The position numbers and the translations under genes were made by a program. Shown in pieces: positions 38,581-64,000 of a stretch of 64,000 nucleotides of DNA. Under the pieces are notes generated by a model, which saw nothing but the letters and a program-made list of their open reading frames with translations, was not told where the DNA came from and did not search any database. Origin of the DNA: Macrostomum hystrix (Eukaryota > Animalia > Platyhelminthes); the NCBI GenBank assembly GCA_950097015.1, contig CATNEN010000034.1, positions 6,138,001 through 6,202,000 on the forward strand, read 5' to 3'. Position 1 is the first letter of the stretch; each line of letters starts with the position of its first letter.

Positions 38581-38593
38581 ATTCCATAGCAAC
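38581..38593 (-). promoter_or_regulatory. Possible RFX X-box upstream of Flattop
   Basis: Minus strand GTTGCTATGGAAT, ~116 bp 5' of the Flattop ATG. One half-site (GTTGCT-AT) fits the X-box consensus and the other is imperfect. Confidence 0.3.
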
Positions 38594-39823
38594 GGTCGCT
38601 CCGGTTTGACCAATCTAGCGGCGACACAAGATTGGCTGACGCGGTATTTCAAAGAGCGTTTCTTTAGCGTCCAATAAAAACGCTCTACAAAAGCACGTGA
38701 AGTTAAAAATTCTTTAAAATTAGATGGCATAGAATAAAATTGCATGCATCTTTTCGATACATTTATCATATTTGACGAAACGTATGTTATGTCAAATATA
38801 TATTTGATCGTATCGATAGTCATATTATTAGTTAATCCATTCCAAGCTGTTGGCTACCTGAACACTAGCAAGAAGTCGACAAATAATGTAAGTAACTTTA
38901 TTGTTTAAAAATGATTTTGCAATTGGTAATAATCTTCCAGCGTGGAGAAATATCACTATAAGAAAGTACTCATATTAACATTTGATGATTTTGAAACAAG
39001 TGCATGTTATTTTAAATTAGGGATTATACGAGCGTATAAGCTAGGGATTATAACATTATCTTTTGTAGGGATCGGTCATTTAAAATTAGTACTGGCGCGA
39101 CAAATAAAACGTCACAGATTCAAAGAAAGGAGCCGCATTCAGAGATACCGGTAAAAATAGCAAATACTATAACATAATTAAATATAAAGTAAAAGTTCGA
39201 ATATTTCAGTTGGCCAACTGAATAGTGCATAGTTAAGATTGGCTTTATTTGTACGAATTTTACAATTAACGAATCAGTCGCACAAACTATTATTGTTCGT
39301 GGCATCATATCGTGCATATTTTCCAACACATTTATTATTCTAGCCCTGCAATAATTCAAAAGATCTGAGGGGACCAGAAAGTACTTGCACGAGTAAGTGT
39401 TTTATGAACAACATATCAGAAGTAAAAATGAACCGAAGTTGTAAACTAGTGCACGGTCGCTGCGCTGCAGTCGCGAAGTGGACTTCTTCAGCTAGCTGAC
39501 GTGCTTTCCACAAGAAAAAACAATAAAATTGTTTAGAATTCCAGGGACATGGTGTCTCCCTTACATTGACTTTACGGGGCAAAAAAATCTGAAGAGGAAC
39601 GACAGTTTGCCAGTTCTGACTAAAACTTTTTCGTGCTTTGACAAACGTGACTGCATGTGGTATTGACCGTTAAACTTTCTCAAACAGACTAAATCTACTG
39701 GCCCTTTAATACTTTCTTCTCAAGATCTACTGGCCCTTCAATCCCTTCTTCCCAACATCTACTGGCCCTTGAAACCCTTCTTCCCAGCATCTACTAGGCC
39801 CTTCAATCCCTGCCCCCCCGCAG

Positions 39824-52573
<12,750 letters not shown>

Positions 52574-52584
52574 CTTGGTGGTGC

Positions 52585-52770
52585 GAACAACTGCTGTGTG
52601 CAACCAACTGTGCAACTGCTGTGTGCAACCAACTGTGCAACTGCTGTGTGCAACCAGCTGTGCAACTGGAGTGTGCAACCAACTGTGCAACTGCTGTGTG
52701 CAACCAACTGTGTAACTGGAGTGTGCAACTGGAGTGTGCAACTGGAGCGTGCGAACAGCTGTGCAACCGG
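52585..52770. repeat. ~25-bp tandem repeat just after the syndecan stop codon
   Basis: Unit ctgtgtgcaaccaactgtgcaactg. Confidence 0.85.
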
Positions 52771-54283
52771 ACTGTGTGCAGCCATTTATCAATGCAACAA
52801 TATCAAAGTTTTTCTCACGATAGTAATTTTTAAGATCAGAGCTGACTATATTGTTGCGTCCCTAAAAGTGCAAACCGGCCGCACAATAAACTTACTTTAC
52901 CTTGTAATTTTGTTAGTAATCTGCAACGCAAAAACTAAATTCATCCCAGAGAATACGCATTTGAACACAGCTTTCTACCATTAAAAAAGCATCAATCACA
53001 TATAAAAGATTACTCTTTAAATGCTTGACGTCATCTTTGCAATCCTAGCTTACAAAATATTGTTTGATATGATAAAATAATGATTAAAGCACTGTTTATT
53101 GTCACAATTCGATTTCACCAGATGTCAATATAACGATTTGTGTGAATACAATTGCAACATGAATTCATTATGAATATTAATTCCAAATGAAAATCATTTA
53201 TGCTTCTATTTACTCAAAATGCAAACAACATTACATTGTGAACCGTTGTGTGAATACTACTTATCTGATCGATATATAAATTTTCAACTGCTGTTAAAAA
53301 TGCTTCAAACAAATGCTTCAATTTGACATTTGTGCGCATCAAATTAATTTACATAGATTATACTTTTGCGTAAATATATTTCATTTCATACAAGTAAAGA
53401 CCATCAAAATCGTAGCTGATACAAGTGCAAATGCTTGTACTTTATTCGTAAATCTAGATTTTCTATCAGTTAAAAAAAGCATTCAGCAACAACTGTTGCA
53501 TATGTATTTGAATACGTATTTGACAATCTTAAAAAGCAATTGACAGCTTAGTGTTGATCGAGATTCTACGTAACATGAATATAACTTAAAGCTTCCGATC
53601 CGGGATAGTTTTGAACAATGACCACTATAGGAAAAGGGTCCTTGGTTTTTAATAAATCAAGTTGCGATTGAGATAGAAAAAATTATTTACCCAGTAAATA
53701 TATATGTTAAATATTCAGTGTCAATCCACTAACTTAATCGAAAATATTTGAAGAACCCGAGTTTCTTATTGCTTATAATCAACAGATACGAAACAAGACT
53801 GGAAAAAACTTTCGCGTTTATTGTCATTCATTCAAACTTCGTAACTCAATTTTGATCGAATTCGGGACGTTCCGGTTAATAAAAATTAGAAAGAATGTTT
53901 AGCAGTTGGTTTTCACTCTATATGAGCGTATATTTTACTTTCTACTTTCTATGTTACTTACTTTCTGCACTCATTTCTTTTGTATTTCTATGATTCGTAC
54001 TTGATTGACTTAGCGGAATCAGCACGATAAAATTACTTCTACGCGTTGACAGACGCACTCAGAAAAACAAAAATTAAATTGTTTCTACTAACTTCCAAAA
54101 CTGTCATCGCAATTCGCCTGTTTATTTAGTATTAAAAAGTTTGTTACATCTTCATAGGTAAGTGAGTTTTTTTGTCTAATCGTGTTTATGTTTTTCGCAA
54201 ATTCTAAACTGGTTTTCGTCATTATTTTCTACCGCTCGTCCGCCGATTCTTTTAATCCTGAATTATCTTTATAATCAACCAAA

Positions 54284-55905
54284 ATGACGATTGACAATCC
54301 ATTGTACACTCCATTTTTCGGTGTTATGGGAGCCTCAGCGGCCATGATTTTCTGTGGTAAGTAGAAATTTTAAATCAAACACAGTACTTGGGAAATCATT
54401 CAGATTTTGCTCATTCTTGAAATTTGTAATTATATGTTTTATTAAAAATATGTTTTGTAAAGTTCCACCTAAATAGCAACACTTAAGCTATGCAACTCTT
54501 TGGACCGGAGGCTAGGCCTACGGCATGTGGCACGGCAGCGATAGATAGCTAGGAATGATTACTAAAAGTCAGATTTTGTTTATACATTAATCATTGGCTG
54601 CAGCTAGCTATTTTAAGTTTTAACTTTAAGTTTTTTTGTCGGGATAGCAAAGGTAAAACAACAAATAAGGTTTTCGATTTTGGAAATTAACAAATGCAAG
54701 CTCAATCTGCCTTCATGGCTGTTAGATAAAGACAGGTACTAAGACACCTTTAGCAAAATTATTTTTTTGTATGAAAAAGTAAAAAAATGTAACATTTCAA
54801 TGCCATTGGCATTTCCAAAAGCACACAAATGTAGGATATATGAGGACTTATCTACATATTACTGATTACTGATCACATTATTGCTTTGCTGGTTCCTGAT
54901 GTGTGTTGATAATTTGTGGCCAATGTTCTCAGAAAACTTGGTTTCAATATTATTATAGATCTTGTATTTGTATCAGATGTAGGCAGAAAAGCACTTCTCA
55001 CCCCAGAGCAGTGCTGAAAGCCACAGAGTGGTGCCAAAGTGCCCTGTACTAAAATGCATGGCACCCCAAAGTTTTATTGGATCCACTAGTGCTAAAAATA
55101 TCTATTATTACATTGAAGCAGAGTTGTTTATTTGCTCTGTACTTGATTTAGTAGTCCTCTAAGAATAAAAACTGCTTCTTACATTTATTTACAGAATGCT
55201 TGCCTTGTCCTTGCCTAGAATACTATCTGCTAGAAATTATCAATGTGTTAGTATAAAATTTCACTAATTTTTTTACTACTAAATATATAATCATATCAGA
55301 GTATTAGAGCAAGATATCTCTACTGTGTGAACCATTCTCACAGTGTAAAATAATGCTGCTCAATTGTTATCCTTCGCTACCTTCAAAGAAAATAATTCAT
55401 TTTTTGTATTTAGCACATAAAAATTAACTAAACATAATTGTATTTGTTAAAATAAATTATATACAAGCTCATTTGATTATTTAATACTTTTGACTGGCAC
55501 CATCAACCCCCATTAACAGCCCTTGGCGCCGCCTATGGCACAGCCAAGTCAGGCACAGGCATCGCCAACATGGCAGTGCTCCGGCCCGAGCTAATCATGA
55601 AATCTGTGGTGCCAGTTGTCATGGCCGGTATCATCGCTATCTATGGCCTAGTTGTGGCCGTTCTCATCTCCCAGAACATGACGCCAGACTACACAGTTGA
55701 GAAGTCGCTGCGTCACCTCGGCGCCGGCCTGGCTGTCGGCCTCAGCGGCCTGGCCTCAGGCTACGCCATCGGCATCGTTGGCGACGCCGGCGTGCGCGGT
55801 ACAGCCCAGCAGCCGCGCCTGTTTGTCGGCATGATCCTCATCCTGATCTTCGCCGAAGTGCTGGGCCTCTACGGCTTCATTGTGGCCCTGATCTTGTCGG
55901 TGTAG
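54284..55905 (+). CDS. ATP6V0C: V-type proton ATPase 16-kDa proteolipid subunit c, 2 exons, 152 aa
   Basis: Exons 54284-54356 ([24 protein letters not shown]) and 55520-55905 ([16 protein letters not shown]...[22 protein letters not shown]...[23 protein letters not shown]). Phase-1 GT-AG intron; the conserved proton-binding Glu in TM4 is present. Confidence 0.97.
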
Positions 55906-57009
55906 ATGCGGATTTCTCAAATTTAGACTGGAGAAATGTGTGTGCAAGGGTTGGAAGGTGCGAGAGAGAGAGAGAGCAGAAGGCGCTTTGATATTGATAA
56001 GTACAATAGTGAAAGTGAAATAATTAATACAAACCCACGGTGTCCTAGAGTCATGTCTCATTTAACAATAGTGTTTTAGAAAAGAAATCTTCAAAAAATT
56101 TACTAACGCCTCTCTCTTTTGTATTCAAAATTAATTTTAATTATTCGCTAGTAATTTAAATGAAAAGTAAAGAAAGCGAACCTGCAATAGTTCTGTTGCT
56201 GCACCCACTGTGGATCTGTCGTCTGTCGTCTCCGCATAATGCGCCTTCTGGCGCCAAACTCAATTATCGCCTGTGTTGTCCTAAAATTTCTATCCTCATC
56301 ATGTTATTATTATATTTCTACTACTTTTTCATATTATCATTATCGCACATTTTTCTCTGAATCTATTTCGTTTACTAATTAAATAAAAGTTTCCTCTAAT
56401 TAGCCAGCTCCAGCTGATTGAGTATTAACTATCCGCTTAGTAGAAACTGATTAGTGTCACAGCGTTATTAGTGATTATTGATTGATTTATAGATCGATTA
56501 TTACATTATTGACTGATGCTATTCCTATTATGTTGTTGTTCTGTCACGCAATTTGATTAAAAAATAATTATTATGTAACAGTAATAAATACATTCAGTAA
56601 AAAACTCAGCGCTTTGAATAAAATTGTGTCAGACGAAGAAAACATTGTTCGCTTTATAAGGCAATTATGAAGTTATAAATTCTGATCAATATATATCGAA
56701 AAACAATACATTTACATCAAACTGCTGCGTACAAGATGAAGTCAAGAAATGTAGATTAATACTTTATTTTTCTTGTTCGTTTTTTTCTTTCCTAGCTTTC
56801 AATCGCTCGTTATAGTCCTCACTGTCTCTCAATTTGTCTTTTTTTATCCTTGCGCTCTCTAACCTCGCTAATCGACAATTTTTTCGATTACTTGTTTAAC
56901 AGTTTTTTCTCTAGATACATTTTAATTGAAAATAAACTTAGCAAATAAATAACTTGTGAATCAATAAAATTTCAAATTTCTCAAACGAAATCGTTCGTCA
57001 AAAATAGTC

Positions 57010-57568
57010 AATTCACTTTAGTCACTTGTGAGCTGGAAAATTCACTCACTTTAGTCACTTGTGAGCTGGGAAATTCACTCACTTTAGGCACTTGTGAGCT
57101 GGGAAATTCACTCACTTTAGACACTTGTGAGCTGGGAAATTCACTCACTTTAGGCACTTGTGAGCTGGGAAATTCACTCACTTTAGGCACTTGTGAGCTG
57201 GGAAATTCACTCACTTTAGACACTTGTGAGCTGGGAAATTCACTCACTTTAGTCACTTGTGAGCTGGGAAATTCACTCACTTTAGTCACTTGTGAGCTGG
57301 GAAATTCACTCACTTTAGGCACTTGTGAGCTGGGAAATTTACTCACTTTAGACACTTGTGAGCTGGGAAATTCACTCACTTTAGACACTTGTGAGCTGGG
57401 AATTTCACTCACTTTAGACACTTGTGAGCTGGGATATTCACTCACTTTAGACACTTGTGAGCTGGGAATTTCACTCACTTTAGGCACTTGTGAGCTGGGA
57501 AATTCACTCACTTTAGGCACTTGTGAGCTGGGAAATTCACTCACTTTAGTCACTTGTGAGCTGGGAAA
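57010..57568. repeat. 33-bp minisatellite, ~17 copies
   Basis: Unit cactcactttag(t/g/a)cacttgtgagctgggaaatt. Confidence 0.96.
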
Positions 57569-58158
57569 TGGTTATATTTAACAGGACATAATCCACTTTA
57601 GCAGGTAATTCATTTACGAGTAAAAAAAGTATTAAAAACTTCAACTGCACGTGTTTAAATGAGCAATTAACCGTGAACCAATGGAAACATTTCTAAGCGG
57701 CTTGTGTGCAACACTATTGATGCCAATTGATCAATAAAAATTCTAAAGAAGCGCATATATTTTAATATACGAGTAGATTTAACCAGAATCTCACCTATTA
57801 CAGCCTGAACTGGTTATAACACAGATACTTTTGTACACACATACTACACATAGTTCGTATCCCTAGAGGAAGGGTAGATTATCAGAAAACCGAAACCTAT
57901 TTTTAGAAATGACAGTCTAAACTAATTCATTTATTCCGTATAAATGTGCAACTGAAACTCTTTTGCCATGAACGTACAATATAGGCTACTTACAGTAGAG
58001 TAGTTGGTGTCAAGACGAAGTAGCATTGGAGAAATGTGGCAGGAAAAGAGATAAAACGATCGCACGCAGCTAGTAAAACAAAGGCAAACACAAACAAATA
58101 TTGGATTTAGTTGAAAAAACAATGCAACAGACTTGTAGGCAGTGAAATAGAAATTATG

Positions 58159-61287
<3,129 letters not shown>

Positions 61288-61839
61288 CGTAGATATTCTG
61301 TGTCAGGTCGTACTGAACAAGTAAGACGTAATAAAACGTATGAGAACGTTTATTTTCAGTGAATTGTGCTGAATTTAACGCTACAGTTTTATATTTATAT
61401 TTTGGCGCCTGAATTCTTGATTTAGAGGTACACTAACAAAGTTGTTCACTTATTATTTCTAATTTCAAAGGCAACTTAAAAGAATCATTAGTTTGCAACG
61501 TCGACTGGGCAAAATAGTGTAAAATTAAAATGTTAATTGTTCGTTAACATGAAAAGTTATTAAAAGTATACTTTATGAACAGTTGTGTCATTGCTGCTTC
61601 TTCATTATTTGATTTATTGCTAATAAAACACCGTTAAAATTGCAACATTGTCTTCAAGAACTGAACAAATAAATACAAATTGGTCCTATTCTCAAAAAAA
61701 TTTTATTGCTTCCCCAAACTGATTCTATTTTTCACACATCCGTCTCTTTTCTTCACGGCTTTTTCCTACCTTTCCCTATCTGCATATGCTAATTTATTGG
61801 GAAGACATACTGTACTTCTAATCCCATGATCCTAATAAA

Positions 61840-62127
61840 ATGAATGAATGAAAATAATTAATTACAACTGCCCCAATCGAACCAGGTGTGCAGCCGACAG
61901 CACAGCCGCGCTCGGCTGTTTAGTCCGCAGACTGGGGGGATGCCAAACACACACTCAATTAACCCAGCTAATGTTGGTACCCATTTAACAGGTGGGTGAA
62001 CTGAAGCAATGCAGTGTTAAGCGTCTGGCTAAGGGACACAAATTGATCCAATGGAGTCGGGAATCGAACACTCTATCTTCAAGCCGTGAGTCGGACGGTC
62101 GTGAGTCTAACCACTGGGCTACAACCC
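61840..62127 (-). mobile_element. tRNA-derived SINE (family B) with conserved-type central domain
   Basis: Head gggttgtagcccagtggttag (A box) and gtgttcgattcccgac (B box); core ttgtgtcccttagccagacgcttaacactgcattgcttcagttcacccacctgttaaatgggtacc; short (TTCA)n tail. Confidence 0.72.
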
Positions 62128-62461
62128 TTATAATCAAAAGCTGCCAACCAGACAAGGACCTCTACCGCCTCTTTTGAAGCCGGCCAATACGTGTTTCAAT
62201 TGCAACTGTGGAAATAAACAACTCAATAAGTGCCTGGACTAAGCAGCATGTTGGTATTTTATCGTTTTTTATTCAGCCATACAAATTAGCAAATAAAATT
62301 ATTATATACAATTACTAAATTAAGAAATTTCATTTTAAGAACCTATAACATTGTAACCATAAAGTCACCGACAAGCTCGCGCAGTTCAATAAATTTATAA
62401 GACTATTAGCAAAGCGATATGCTAAATTAGGCGCTGATGAGTTTTGTGTAATTGCATTAAC

Positions 62462-62858
62462 ATAATAATAATAATAATAATTGACACTAGACCCAAGGGC
62501 CAGTGCAGGTGTTGTGTCAGGCACACTAGCAGGTGGGGACTGCACACCTATTGTACTCCCCGGCTCTCTCGGACACCGGTTGACAGCCGCGTGTCAGCAA
62601 TGGAATTTATTTTTCCAAACATATCGGCAGTATCCAAACCCCACAGAATTGCCGCACAGAACTGCTTTATTCCACGCCAGCCGGAATTATTATTACCCGA
62701 CGAAATGTCGGTACTCATTTGCAGCTGAGTAGACTGTGTGCAAATCAGGGCAAAGCAGCTTGCCAAAGGCTGCACGAATAGTTCTAGACTAGGTCGGGAG
62801 TCGAACCCAGGACCATCTGATCCAGAGTCCAACACCTTACTGACTGAGCTATCCGCCC
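62462..62858 (-). mobile_element. tRNA-derived SINE (family C)
   Basis: Head gggcggatagctcagtcagtaagg (A box) and gggttcgactcccgacc (B box); core ctactcagctgcaaatgagtacc; (TTA)n tail at 62462-62479. Confidence 0.72.
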
Positions 62859-63817
62859 TTGCATTAACATGAGACACCATGAAAGCATCCTTTGGTGGGT
62901 GACACAAAGTTGTAACTCAGAGATTTAATTATATTTATCTTGCTCAAGGACGGTTGGTAAACCGTAGACCAATTTGTAATCCAAAGTTGGTTAGTCAAGA
63001 AGACAAACCACGAAAACAAAATGTTGTGCCATATCTTCTCGTCTGAAATTTACAAAACTAAAAAGTAACTAAAAAAGAACTTAAAATCAAAAGCAACAGA
63101 CCAGAAAGGAAAGTTTCAGTAGCTACGACAGAAGAATTTCAAGTCACCAATTAAAATATTTAGTCACGTACTACACACACACACATAGAAAGGCTGAGGT
63201 GCTTAATGTAAAATGGAATTCTTATGGTAATGATACTTTTATAAAAATAAAACTTTTATTGCGTTAATCAGATGGCACTATATTAGCAATAACTGCTTTA
63301 ATTTGAAATATACATACGATAATATTGAAATGCATAATGTACAACGTGGTGAAATGACAGGTTTAGGTCCCAGTAAAATCCCAAAAATTGCTGCAAGATT
63401 TTAGATAAAATATAGTGCATTTAAAAGCTAAGTACAAGCCATTAAATGGCGGAAAAGTGTCGCAAAATAGCAAATACAAAAATGTGTAACAATAGCATAT
63501 CGTCTCGTTTGTGCACCACAATAAGCATAGCATTGTTGACAAATCAGCAACATATCTAGAATGTATTCCAATTTTGCTAATATTGTGTGTAGAAGATCAG
63601 CAAAATCAGCATATTTGTCATTGTGACGTAGATAGTGACAATGGATTAAAGTGCATTTGTACTATTAGGCTACATAGCATAAGTTGTTTAGAAAAAAAAT
63701 AACAAAACGATAGTATGTTTGTAACTCTTAATAAATTGTTTGCTGTTACACTTTTGTAAGACTTTTCAAATTTTGCTAGCAATCCACACGTGCCATTGCA
63801 ATTAAAAATAGAAATCT

Positions 63818-64000
63818 GATTCTATGGGATAGAAACATGATTCTATGGGATAGAAACATGATTCTATGGGATAGAAACATGATTCTATGGGATAGAAACA
63901 TGATTCTATGGGATAGAGAAAGCATTCTATGGGATAGAAACATCATTCTATGGGATAGAAACATCATTCTATGGGATAGAAACATCATTCTATGGGATAG
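63818..64000. repeat. 21-bp minisatellite running off the window end
   Basis: Unit tctatgggatagaaacat(g/c)at. Confidence 0.94.

Overview
Eukaryotic (metazoan) genomic DNA with GT-AG introns and about 28 unrelated mini/microsatellite arrays covering roughly 23 kb (~36%) of the window. The CAG-rich GC-biased exons and minisatellite-filled introns resemble a flatworm such as Macrostomum, but this is inference only. Almost all long ORFs in the supplied track are artefacts of tandem repeats. Genes assembled by hand from splice sites and reading phase: the 3' end of a UBA-domain (UBAC2-like) gene; an RGK-family small GTPase; an intronless GT32 (DXD) glycosyltransferase; a Flattop/CFAP126 homolog (minus strand, with a GC-AG intron) carrying a long CxxxC-periodic cysteine-rich tail; a syndecan whose ectodomain contains a SEA domain (6 exons over 12.7 kb, signal-peptide exon not found); V-ATPase subunit c; and YIPF4. 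Mobile elements: a decayed near-full-length RTE-like LINE, a solo LTR with a 5-bp TSD, and several tRNA-derived SINEs. The two most unusual observations are the SEA-containing syndecan and the Flattop-Cys-rich fusion.
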